Assembly: GCF_001194135.2 (NCBI RefSeq)
Contig: NC_068983.1
Location: forward strand, 8,770,259 to 8,834,258
From: Octopus bimaculoides
Taxonomy: Eukaryota
Length of the DNA stretch: 64,000 nt
Reading direction: 5' to 3'
Below the pieces are notes generated by a model. That model did no database searches. It saw only the letters and a list, made by a program, of their open reading frames with translations, and was not told the origin of the DNA. The translations under genes and the position numbers were made by a program. Each line of letters opens with the position of its first letter. Position 1 is the first letter of the stretch. Positions 1 to 11,434 of the stretch are shown in pieces.

Positions 1-259
1 TAACATGCGTTTTCTCCAATCCTTAAATTCTTAAATATACTCAAATACCCAAAATTTCATGGAGTTCCTGCCTTAAAAACAGGAGCTAGCCACAGTTATT
101 TTGTGTTCTTTGCTACGTTGGTTTCTATTAACCCATTTATTCTATCAGAAGAATTGTTATTCATTAAGATAGAAGAAATACACATAATTATATATATATA
201 TATATGTATGTATGTACGTATGTATGTATGTATATATCTATGTATGTAGGTATTATGGG

Positions 260-949
260 TGCTACAAGGGTAAGAGGGATACTTTAGATACGAATAAATA
301 CATTAGTATCAAGTTGTTGGACCAGGTAATGAAAGTCACTGAGAGGGTCATAGCCCAACTAATTAGGGATAGATGAGTGATTAGTGAGAGTTGTACAAAC
401 TATGTACAGGGATACTGTCAGTAAGGTGAGGAATGGAAACGAGTACAGTGAAGAATTCCGGGTAGGATCTGTCCTCAGCCCCCTCTTATTCATCATAGTC
501 TTCCAGGCAATAACAGATGAATTCAAGACAGGATGCCCCTACATGATCTGTAGAAAAGGCGTAGGTAGAGACTCCACAAGATATACCCGTTGTAAGCTGT
601 GGACACATAATAGGTGCAGCAATATCGAAGGAAGACTAACTGAGAAGATAGTTTTTGTGTGTGGCTGATGCTCAGGGACAATAAACATTGAAAATATGCA
701 GAAAACAGCTTCCGTCACATTCCAGGGGGAAAACTATAAGTAGTTGATAACTTCCGTTACCTAGGTAGCCAAGTCAGTAGCGGGGGTGGTTGCTCTGAAA
801 ATGTAACTACTAGACTAAGCATAGCCTGGGCAAAGTTCAGAGAGCTCCTACCTCTGCTGGTGACAAAATGCCTCTCGCTCAGAGTGAAAGGTAGACTATA
901 TGACGCATATGTGCGAATAGCCATGCTACATGGTAGTGAAACATGTGCC
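260..949 (+). mobile_element. RTE-clade LINE ORF2 remnant (RT + PHD-like Zn finger + thumb) with internal deletions
   Basis: Translation gives CYKGKRDTLDTNKYISIKLLDQVMKVTERVIAQLIRDR, then VRVVQTMYRDTVSKVRNGNEYSEEFRV|GSVLSPLLFIIVFQAITDEFKTGCP, then ICRKGVGRDSTRYTRCKLWTHNRCSNIEGRLTEKIVFVCG, then VVDNFRYLGSQVSSGGGCSENVTTRLSIAWAKFRELLPLL..KGRLYDAYVRIAMLHGSETC. These are RTE RT-type motifs; the YADD segment is absent. Confidence 0.9.
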
Positions 950-959
950 TCTTCTTCGC

Positions 960-1445
960 CACCCTACTCGAATCTATAACTGGACCCTTTTTCCTCTCTT
1001 TTATCACTTTCTCAATTTCCTATTTTTCTATAGACCTACTACCACAACATTTTAAACATCAATTCAGAAACAAAACAACCTTTTAAATACCACCATCCTA
1101 CCCCTATCACTTGTATCCCAGCTCTCTAACTATACTGTTACTTTTCTCACTACCCTCATCATTCACCTCTCCATCTTTCTGAACTCACTCTCTTCTATCC
1201 TCTTGTCCTTCATCATGATCTGAAATGACAGATTTTCCTTTCTCCACCCTGAAGACGGAGGCCGGATCTATCAGATGCTTATATGTTTCTTAATAGTTGC
1301 ATATTCTGGTGAACTACATCTTCCAACATTATGAAGTAACTCTGTTTTCCCAGAAACAGCTGTCGGACTTGCAACACCATTCCTTCTCCCATTTAATTTT
1401 CTGTGTCTTTGTACTAATTGTCAGCTTGCTCTGTTAATATATAAA
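960..1445 (+). mobile_element. Penelope-like element 3' remnant with degenerate hammerhead-like motif
   Basis: Pyrimidine-rich body. CTGAAGA at 1249-1255 and GAAA-CAGCTG-TC at 1353-1364 (palindromic ACAGCTGT). Ends in an AT-rich tail, as PLE terminal repeats typically do. Confidence 0.5.
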
Positions 1446-1589
1446 TATCAATATATTTGTACTTGAATAAACATTGGCCGAAAATTTTCGTTCTTTGCTT
1501 TCTCTTTATTTACATGTACACATATATGTAGTCTTACATGAAACTCAAGCAGTATTATTCGTTGTATTCGTCTCTTCATCTTTCTTTGT

Positions 1590-1785
<196 letters not shown>

Positions 1786-2503
1786 ACATACAGATATACA
1801 TAAACTTGTGTGTTTGTGTGAGTGTGTATGTATTAATTCTTGTTGTGCCTATTCCTGTGTGTATACTCGACCGATTAACAACCTTATCAATCGTAATACG
1901 TGGATATAAACTCACTAAATAATAATGATATGCAGTCTAAAAATACATAAAGCATTATATGTGTCAAATAACTCCATGATTGTCAACCAACTTGATTTGT
2001 TGTCTAGCACTCCCTACACATGAAATATATTTGCATATTAGGTTGATTCTTTATATTTTTCTTACATTTAAGAGACGTAACGTATTTACAAACTTTTAGC
2101 TTTAAATTATAATAGCATTAATGAAATATACGTATGAAATAGATCTATTGTAATATCAATGATTTTTTTCATGCTTTGTTTTCTGATGTAATATCCTTTG
2201 TCATTATATTATAGCCGGAATGGCAACAAATGGAATTGAGTAAATCAATATTTTCTATCAATCTTCAGATGAAGAATTTGGAGTGTAATATGGCGCACTT
2301 ATGATGGCAGTCTCTCGTAATCCGAGACAGTTCTACAATTTCTTGCAGAACGAAGCTGTATATATTATTTGATTAGAATGATTATAGTATTTGCTTTACA
2401 ATAGCTCAATCCCTCCATAAAATTGACGTTGCTTGAAACGTAGGTGCACGTTATACCACATATAAGGTGTCGAATTGATAGGCAAGTAATGTGAGATGAT
2501 GTG

Positions 2504-2604
2504 TTTTACTCACGGGTAAGTCGACTCGCCCGTTCCAGGAATTGAACACTCTATGTTGCGAAGGTGAGTGCAACATCCTAATCGTTAGACCATGTGCCCT
2601 CACA
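2504..2604 (-). mobile_element. tRNA-derived SINE head remnant
   Basis: Reverse strand reads GTGAGGGCACATGGTCTAACGATTAGG...GTGTTCAATTCCTGG (A-box- and B-box-like). It resembles the head at 47883-48130. Confidence 0.5.
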
Positions 2605-2654
2605 AGGCGCAATGATTGCTAATGTTAATTCTTTTTCCTCCATAAGCAGCACAT

Positions 2655-2682
<28 letters not shown>

Positions 2683-2685
<3 letters not shown>

Positions 2686-2879
2686 TTAGGGAAAATAACC
2701 AATTTATATTATATTATAATATAATATAATATTATATTATATTATATTATATTTATCTTATGATATTTACTTTACTTTATATTATACTCATTTATTGTGC
2801 TTTTAATTATTAATTTTTCTATATGTGATAGTGCATTTTCATCGATGAGTTCTTGAAAATCGGTTATTTTCCCTAAAAC
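2683..2879. mobile_element. MITE inserted in a (TA)n tract
   Basis: Perfect inverted repeat TAGTTTTAGGGAAAATAACC (2681-2700) / GGTTATTTTCCCTAAAACTA (2862-2881), with TA repeats on both sides and an AT-rich interior. Confidence 0.8.
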
Positions 2880-2920
2880 TATATATTTTATATATACTTT
2901 ATCTATAAGGCTCAATTTAA

Positions 2921-3485
2921 TTTTAATTTTTTAGAAATTGATTTTAATTGAGTTTTTTACCTGTAATTTTGGATTTTGCCCCTNNNNNNNNNNNNNNNNN
3001 NNNNNNNNNNNNNNNNNNNNNNNNNNNNNNNNNNNNNNNNNNNNNNNNNNNNNNNNNNNNNNNNNNNNNNNNNNNNNNNNNNNNNNNNNNNNNNNNNNNN
3101 NNNNNNNNNNNNNNNNNNNNNNNNNNNNNNNNNNNNNNNNNNNNNNNNNNNNNNNNNNNNNNNNNNNNNNNNNNNNNNNNNNNNNNNNNNNNNNNNNNNN
3201 NNNNNNNNNNNNNNNNNNNNNNNNNNNNNNNNNNNNNNNNNNNNNNNNNNNNNNNNNNNNNNNNNNNNNNNNNNNNNNNNNNNNNNNNNNNNNNNNNNNN
3301 NNNNNNNNNNNNNNNNNNNNNNNNNNNNNNNNNNNNNNNNNNNNNNNNNNNNNNNNNNNNNNNNNNNNNNNNNNNNNNNNNNNNNNNNNNNNNNNNNNNN
3401 NNNNNNNNNNNNNNNNNNNNNNNNNNNNNATATTAGGGGCAAAATCAAAAATTACAGGTAGAAAACTCAATTAAAATCAATTTAT

Positions 3486-3497
<12 letters not shown>
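2921..3497. repeat. ~63-bp inverted repeat arms flanking an N-gap
   Basis: 2921-2983 (...TTTTGGATTTTGCCCCT) is the reverse complement of 3435-3497 (AGGGGCAAAATCAAAAATTAC...), with a few mismatches. Confidence 0.75.
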
Positions 3498-3531
<34 letters not shown>

Positions 3532-5968
3532 AAGTCTACCAGATAGATGGAAGAGCATTGTAGAAAATTCAGGAGATTAAAAAAGAACTTTATCTTAATT
3601 TGGAAAAAAAAAGCAGTATAAAAAATAACGCATTATTTATGGGATGACCCAATATAATCTTTGTTTAAAGTGATATATTTATTCGACTAAACCCATTAAG
3701 ACGATCCCCCAGTACGGCTGCTGCCCAGTGACTACAGTTAGTGAAAGGTAATTGTTGTTGAGTTTTTCATTCGGTTACTTTTGTACATTTCCATACTTCA
3801 AAACCGCTCTAAGATGATTTTAGAGTGATAAATACTGGGAGGAGTGTGAAATGAATTGTTTTGCACTGTTTGAATGTCTCATTAGGTTATGAGTTCGAAA
3901 TCCGCTAGACCGCGTTTGCACTTCATAATTGGAGATTTGATGCGATCCGTACAGGAGTATTAGTGTGCTTAACATATTCCACTTCACTATTCTCCACAGG
4001 TTGTAGTTCCGATTGCTAACGGCGCAGTTTTTTTTTTTTTCTTTTAATATGGACTCTGTTATTCTCGGTTACATCGCTATACATTCTGTGTTCAAATCTC
4101 GCATAGAAAAATCTTGTCTTGAAAAATAACAATACTTATCGAATGCTTCAGTTGATATAATCAATTATTCTTCTCTATCAATTATGTGTGTTTTTATATA
4201 TCTGTAACCGTATACCTTTGTAAGATCCATTATTTATTTTTGCTTCTATTTATTCACTCTTATTGTGATTGCTGCCGTAAACACACACACACACATACAC
4301 ACAAAGAATATCATTCATCTGTATAGATAATTCAATTAAAAATGCGTATCCTCGACGATGCTATACAAATTAAGACACTTCGTGCATCAACAAACGACAG
4401 AAAAATTTTCAACGCTCTAGAATTTCAAATGAGATGTATCAGTTATGCTTTCCTTCCAACTGAACAGAACCACATTTGGTTGACTTTTAATCAATTTTCT
4501 ATTCTGTAGCCGACCTTATGACTAACTTTGTTACCAAGATTGTGTTTGGTGATATCAACAGCTTTTTCGGCGTTTGTTATTAATTTTTTTCTTGTTTCTT
4601 TCTATAGTTTGCAAGATTAATATCGTAGTTATTGCAGACGAAAATATTAACTATTCATTTAATAACTTTGGTGAAAGTGAGAGACGCTTTATTTTTCTTG
4701 CCTTTATTAAATGTATCACGTACATTATTAATAAATGTTTTCAGCTTTGGAGAAAAGTTATTACATTTGAGAAAACAATGTCAGTGTTTTTTAACGTAAC
4801 TCTCACCCTTTCTCTCTCTTTTGTTGGTTGTTAATGGTGAAGGAAGTGGATAGCAGAAAAAGGTAGTGGGGTAGACAAAATACGTAGATATATTAGATAA
4901 CGCCTTTGAGATTTCTTAGTTCAAATACACACCACATGCGTTGATGTATTCACTTATTCAACCCCTATTTACAAAGAAAAAACCTTGTGGCTGTCACTAG
5001 TGTAGCTTAGGCAAGGAACAAAATGAATCCTTAGACTTTAGGACAAAACGCTTCAGATTATTTGTTCCGATTCTCTTTGTTCTGATTTCATATCCCGCCG
5101 ACTTGATCCCTAACTTTCATCCTCTCAGGCATAAAATAAAATATCATTCCAAGATGATGAAATTATCGGGTTGTTAGAGCATCGGTCGTGATTCTTCTAG
5201 TAGTTGTTCTTGCTAATTACGTTCAGAGATCTTGGGCAGACTCATCACTACGTTAAAAACCATGATGTTTCTTTAATTCATTTAGCAAAATACATTCAGC
5301 TACAAGCAGTCAGACGAGTACTCCCTTACTAGCTTTCGAGGCCTTGAGGAAATATTCTCTAGAGAATTGATTTGTGTATATGCATTATATACATACTTTA
5401 GTTACTTTCATGCCTCTGTTCTGTTACTTATTTTAGTCATTAAACTGCAGCTGTACTAAGAGACACTCACATAAGCGAGTAAATGTTTTGTCGGATAAAT
5501 GACCCCAATTATTTATTTTATGTCTGGTATTTACTCATTCGACCACATTTCGCTAAACCAATCGATTGCAGGGACTTACACAAACAAACAACGATTATCA
5601 AACAACTACTACTTTGATTGACACACATTCGAAACCGTAGCAAATTAAGAATGTCAGTCACTGTATTTTGTCATGGAATAAAATTCTGAATGTTGACGAA
5701 AAGTTGAAAGACAACAGGTCTGTTGGTAGCACCCTCTATCCATTTCGAAATAATTATCTGCTCATCAACACCAAACATTGGAAAGAGATGCAACTCCAAA
5801 CCGACTATGAAACTAGTTACTTATGTTAGGTTCAAATGAAAATAATTTTACTGGTGGTGCTAATCGGTTACCCAAACGTAGTAAAATACAGGCTAAAGCA
5901 CTAAATAGTGGTTTATATAAATATAAACGCTTGTTACCAATTCAAAAATGTTTGGGAGATAGATAGAG

Positions 5969-6009
<41 letters not shown>

Positions 6010-6687
6010 CATACATACATACATACATACATACATACGTACATAGAGACCTGACGGAATTCTGCGATATTAGTTTCTAACAGTTTCACTTATAATGCAA
6101 TCGATAGCCCAAAAACGCCTGCCGAATATACTGTTAATTGCGAATGAACTGTGACACAGACTTGCCCACCTACACGCATACAAAAATATGTGCATCTGTA
6201 CATGCATACATACGTATATGCAGACGTGTATATATTTGTATCCTCGTTGGATGTTAATAAAATTAGTTCCAGGTATACTGGTTTAGATGAAATCTGTCAG
6301 ACCTGTGCCAGTAATAGATATGCATAATGGATTTGAACATCGTAGATATAACAAATCTTTAATCCCAGATTATTTTTGATCGGGAAGCTCTCTACTCAAA
6401 CAACCCAATGACCACTGTCTGATATTATGTTCACACATTTTTTTTTCAAGGCTATTATGTCCGATATATTCCTCGCAAGTATGATACACCAGGGTTTGAA
6501 ATATGAAGGTCTGGTTTGGTTCCTTTTTTTTTTTTTAGATAACCAAACAACCTTATAAAAGTTCATTCGTTGCTTTTTTAGTGTATATGGCATTTTCATT
6601 TAAGCAACGGGATAGAAACTCACATGGTTGGTATATGACAGAATATCGATACTCGTTCCATGTCCTATGTTGACTATTGTCCACGTC

Positions 6688-7906
6688 AATCAGTGGTGGA
6701 ATTCTCGAAAATGGTAGAACACAGGAATAAATACCATTAATTTCTTAATCCTTGAAATCCATGCATTAGCTGCATGATTTATCATCACAGAATTAATTAA
6801 TCATGGACCACTAATACACTGGGGTCTATTTATAGATATACAATTCTTCCCTTAAAAAATTAATACTTTCCAGTTATATAAATATTGTCATTTGTTCTCC
6901 TTGGATTAGGCTTGCATTAATATCATAATATCGCTTTACAAAGAACGTAATATGCAGCAAAGTGTTGACTCTTTATATGCTCTCGAAACAAAATAAGTTT
7001 AAAATGTTGGCACATTTCCAGCAATTTCAGGGTTATGGGAATAATTCGTTTATGTTGCCTTTGTAGTTCATCTGGCACTTATTTTATTGACTACGAAATG
7101 ATGAAAGGTAAAAAAGCTAATCTCAACAAGATTCGATCCCGGAAATTAAAGAATCAGAAGAAATATCAGTAAATATGCTTGGAGTCACGCTAAAGATTCC
7201 ACCATCTGGCGTCTTCTCGGAGCGATTTAATAATTACCATTTCTATATTTATATATGGCGGTGTGTTGGAAGTCTCTGTCATATGTATCTTCGTTCCTCT
7301 ATTTATTTTTCTTTCTTATTTTTAATCCAGCACACTGTCAGTTTCGAATTTCAATCTCAATTTCAATTGGTGTCGGAAGACTATACATACGGCTCTGTGC
7401 AATCAACTAAATATTTCCATCAAAATTTGTTTAACAGCGACTGAAAAGCAATAAATAAATTTCAAAAAAGTAAAAGAATAAAAATTTTGCATTTCCTTCT
7501 GGTATCCAGGAGGGAAGAGAGCATTTGACATTTTATTGTTTATCGTTTAATCACGGTTGTTTATATAAGCGTTAATAAAATAATCAGTTTACACTTGTCT
7601 TAACTCATTCTAAATAAAACCAATACTGAAATAGTTAATATCAGTAAAGCATCTTGTTAGAGATCTTGTTATCCCGGAATATTTCTATGAATGTCTTCAT
7701 ATGTGCTATTTATTATTTAATTGAACAAGACATACTTTTGATTTGTTTCTACACTTATTCCTAATCAGTTGTGGAATTCTCGAAAATGGTAGAACACAGG
7801 AATAAATACCATTAATTTCTTAATCCTTGAAATCCATGCATTAGCTGCATGATTTATCATCACAGAATTAATTAATCATGGACCACTAATATACTTGGGT
7901 CTATTT
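6688..7906 (+). repeat. 144-bp local direct duplication (6688-6831 and 7763-7906)
   Basis: Offset 1075 bp with 3 substitutions, by eye alignment. Confidence 0.95.
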
Positions 7907-8129
7907 GAAGAGGTAGTGACATTTGTATTTGACTGGAACTTATAGTATTCGTTCTAGCAGATATTGAAATTTGAATGTAATGAGATATAACTAGATGATG
8001 TAAGAATATTCCTCTGTTGATTCCTCTGTTATAATCTTACGTATGGATTCCGTCCAGTAAGATTCAATTATCGTCTATGCATGTGTATACAAATCCCAGC
8101 AAGATATTTTGAGGAAAACTAACTGTTGC

Positions 8130-8300
8130 CCGTGCACGCAAGTCCCCTCTGCCCAAAACACCAAATTGTCATCAAAGAGAAAGCCGCTGAATTGGGCTAG
8201 AAGTGTTTGAAACCAGTGGTTTTTTTTTTTTAGAGGTTCTCATAACCCAACGAGCCAAAATGGTTACCAGAAAGCAAAAAGATATGATGTTCGAGACTTT
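8130..8300 (+). pseudogene. Highly degraded mariner transposase C-terminal remnant
   Basis: Frameshifted VIKEKAAELG(W)EVF and KPVVFF.RG...LPE resemble the mariner KLEELGWEVL and KP.EFY.RGI.KLPERW motifs. Confidence 0.35.
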
Positions 8301-8735
8301 ATCTGTGTCACCAATCCGCTGCACTGGATCGGTACATATTTATCGGCACCAGAAGAATGAAAAGCAAAGCTGACATCGGCTGACATGAACAGAAAGCGTA
8401 TGACATCGTGATAAATAACACACCTCCTATGTAACACTTTAAAATTTCTGTTACGTCACCACTTACATAACAAAATAACAATCTATAACTTCTATAAAGA
8501 TTTAGAAAGCTTGGGAACACATGTACAATGGAATTTCTTGACATCATTACATGACTGGTATTAGATTTTATCCATGTAAGTGAAGTTCTTTTCTCGAATT
8601 TCTGAACGGAAAGGGGCGAAATTAAACACCACAAACTATTTTATAAACATAATACTAATAATGCTATTGGGCTTACACATATCGTTGAGTAAATGAACTT
8701 ACAGTGTAATTATGAGTAAAAATATGTTTTATGCA

Positions 8736-9168
8736 CGTTCGAACTGGGGAACAAGCTACTCACTGCGTTTTGTCAGGGAGATTATATCTCACTTTTGACA
8801 AATGGTGTCTGTACTCCTAGATCAGCTCGTAGCGCCATCTGCCTAAAGTAGTTGTCTATTCATCGGTCACAGACACTAAGCAGACGACACTGCGAGCTGA
8901 ATTAAGACATTACCTCCCCAGTCACTGCACAATGACGGACAGATCTATACAGTGGCTAATCGTAAGTAAATTACGTCATCGCACGGTGACTGGAAAAGCA
9001 TAAAAGAGGTAATCTCTTAATTCAGTTCGTAGTGCCGCCTGCTCAGTGTCTGTAAGCGGTAAAGAGAAAACTACTCCGAAATATAATCATCTCACAGTTT
9101 AGGTGCTGTGAGCTGATCAAAGTGTATAGACACCGATGCAGCGAGTAGTTTGTTCCCCAGTTCCAACG
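8736..9168. mobile_element. Foldback/palindromic MITE-like element (~433 bp)
   Basis: CGTTCGAACTGGGGAACAAGCTACTCACTGCG pairs with TGCAGCGAGTAGTTTGTTCCCCAGTTCCAACG. The inner blocks GGTGTCTGTAC..GATCAGCTC and ACAGACACTAAGCAGACGACACTGCGAGCTGAATTAAGACATTACCTC also have inverted partners. Confidence 0.88.
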
Positions 9169-9394
9169 GGCTTCATGCATATTTGGACTGATAATAACAT
9201 TGCAATTTCACGTATCACTGCTTAACGCTGCCCCTCCGTAATTGGACTTAGTACATATTTTATTGACAATTTTCTCTTGTTAATTTTATTTCTCACTCCA
9301 TTTTACCGCCAGCGTATTTGCTATATTAATTCGTTTTTGTATTTGGATTGCAAGACTTTACATGTGAATTTGTGTCTAAAAAATGTTGTCGTGC

Positions 9395-9706
9395 TGGGAG
9401 AGTCATTATGCCAATAATAATAATAACCCACGCACAGGCCACCCCTCCAGTGTTAGTTAATTGGTTAAATATCTAACCAACTAAATAATTGATCGTTTGT
9501 ATAATATGTTTGTTAATCAATCGATCGGTTGTTTATTGGTTAGTGAAAGTTCTTTCGTCGCTGTTCTTGATGTTCCTGATGACTCGGTGATCTTCCTTCT
9601 GCTGGCTCTATTTAGTTATTTGGTTAGATATTTAACTAATTGATTAACTTTAACGAAGTGGAATTGGATTTGTGCGTGTGTTATTACTGGCGTACTGACG
9701 CTCCCA
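9395..9706. mobile_element. Second inverted-repeat element (~100-bp arms)
   Basis: TGGGAGAGTCATTATGCCAATAATAA..CACGCACA..GTTAAATATCTAACCAA pairs with TTGGTTAGATATTTAAC..TGTGCGTG..TTATTACTGGCGTACTGACGCTCCCA. Confidence 0.8.
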
Positions 9707-10078
9707 AGACTCAAAAAAGTAGTATTTTTGCAGTTGATTTTCTTTAACCCTTGGTCAAATGTGTCGGTTTGTCTCAAAGACGGTATGATGAAATTTGACG
9801 ATGATTCGGTTACTATTTCTAACTATATGAACTAACACATATGCAACTTTGCTGCGTTTCTCAGATAAATTATCTTCAAAGTACCCTCCAATGAAAATAT
9901 GACTTCAACTATATCAGCTAATTACGAGGAAAATAATTTAAATTGAATAACTCAAGGGGCTCCTGACAGCCTGCTACAAAAAGCAGACTGATAGAAAAAA
10001 TACAGAAAGACAAACAGATTCTTAATAGAAATGCACACATGAACTGATAAAGTGACATACATACATACATACATATAT

Positions 10079-10532
10079 GAGCGTGGTTGTGTGTGGTAAG
10101 CTTACTTCCCAACCACATGGTTCGGGGTTCAGTTCCACTGTGTGGCACTCTGGGCACCTGTCTGCTAACATAGCCTCGGTCCGATTAAAGCCTTGTCGGT
10201 GAATTTGGCAGGCGGAAACTGAAAGAAACTCATATGTGTGTGTGTGTGTATGTGTGTGTGTGTGTGCGTGCGTGTGCGTGTGTGTACGTGTGCCTGTGTG
10301 TATGTTTGTGTGTGTACGTTTGTGTGTTTGAGTCTGTGTTTGTCCACCCACCACTGCTTCACAACTAGTGTTGGTCTGTTTACGTCACCGTCACTTAGCG
10401 GCTAGGAAAACAAAGACCAATAGAATAAGTACCAGGTTTTAAAAAAGAACAGGGGTGCGTACATTCTTCAAGAAGGTTCCCCGGTATGGCAACATTCTTA
10501 TGACTGAAACAAGTAGAAAATAAAAGATAAAA
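10079..10532 (+). mobile_element. tRNA-derived SINE family A, with internal (TG)n and a LINE-like tail
   Basis: Head CCAACCACATGGTTCGGGGTTCAGTTCCACTG, body ..GGAAACTGAAAGAA, tail ..TGACTGAAACAAGTAGAAAATAAAAG. It is homologous to the copies at 21241, 30398, 40954 and 54656. Confidence 0.85.
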
Positions 10533-10640
10533 GGCATCCCCTTCGTGGCGCCTCGGACAAGTGTCTTCGAGTATAGCCTTAGGCCAACCAAAGCCTTGTG
10601 AATGGATTTGCTAAGCAGAAATCGAAATTGAAAGAAGTCA

Positions 10641-10816
10641 GTGAGCTCGCAGAAATGTTAGCATACCGGGCGAAATGTTTAGTGGTATTTCATCCATTCG
10701 GGGTCGCTAAATTAAGCACCAGTTACGCACTGGGGTCGATGTAATCGACTTAATCCTTTTGTCTGTCCGTCTTTGTCCTCTCTATGTTTAGCCCCTTGTG
10801 GGCAATAAAGAAATAA
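10641..10816 (+). mobile_element. tRNA-derived SINE family B
   Basis: GAGCTCGCAGAAATGTTAGCATACCGGGCGAAATG..CATCCATTCGGGGTCGCTAAATTAAGCACCAG..GGTCGATGTAATCGACT is shared with the copies at 53013, 58643 and 60914. Confidence 0.85.
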
Positions 10817-10879
10817 AAAAAATTGAAAGAAGCCCATTGTACATAGGTACGTGTGTTTGTGCGCGTGTGTGTGTGTGCA

Positions 10880-11105
10880 CCTCTGTGTCCCAGTGTCTTT
10901 GTTTTTTCCCTCATCACCGCTTGATAACCGGTGTTGGTGTGTTTAGCCCCCCGTAATTTACGGTTCGGCAAAAGAGAACGCTAGAATAATAACTAGGCTT
11001 AAAAATTAAGTCCTGAAGTCGATTTCTTCGACTTAAAACCCTTGAAGATGGTGTTCCAGCATGGCCGCACTGAAATATCTCAAACAACAAGAAGAATATC
11101 AGAAT
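10880..11105 (+). mobile_element. SINE-A/LINE 3' tail fragment
   Basis: TTGATAACCGGTGTTGGTGTGTTT..CGGTTCGGCAAAAGAG..CCAGCATGGCCGCA matches the tail of the SINE-A copies. Confidence 0.75.
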
Positions 11106-11227
11106 ATATATATTTATATGTAAATTCTTTAATTTCTTTAAACTGTTTCAGTTTTAAAGCTGCGGTCATGAAGAGAGAGGGACAGGGGGTGAGAGACGGA
11201 GAGGGAGACCTGAAAGTGAGGTTGACA

Positions 11228-11434
11228 GACAGATAGATAGATGGATAGATGGATAGATGGATAGATAGATGGATAGATGGATAGATAGATAGATGGATAG
11301 ATGGATAGATGGATAGATAGATAGATGGATAGATAGATAGATGGATAGATGGATAGATAGATGGATAGATAGATGGATAGATGGATAGATAGATAGATGG
11401 ATAGATGGATAGATAGATGGATAGATGGATAGAT
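11228..11434. repeat. Interleaved (GATA)/(GATG) tetranucleotide array
   Basis: Seen directly. Confidence 0.97.
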
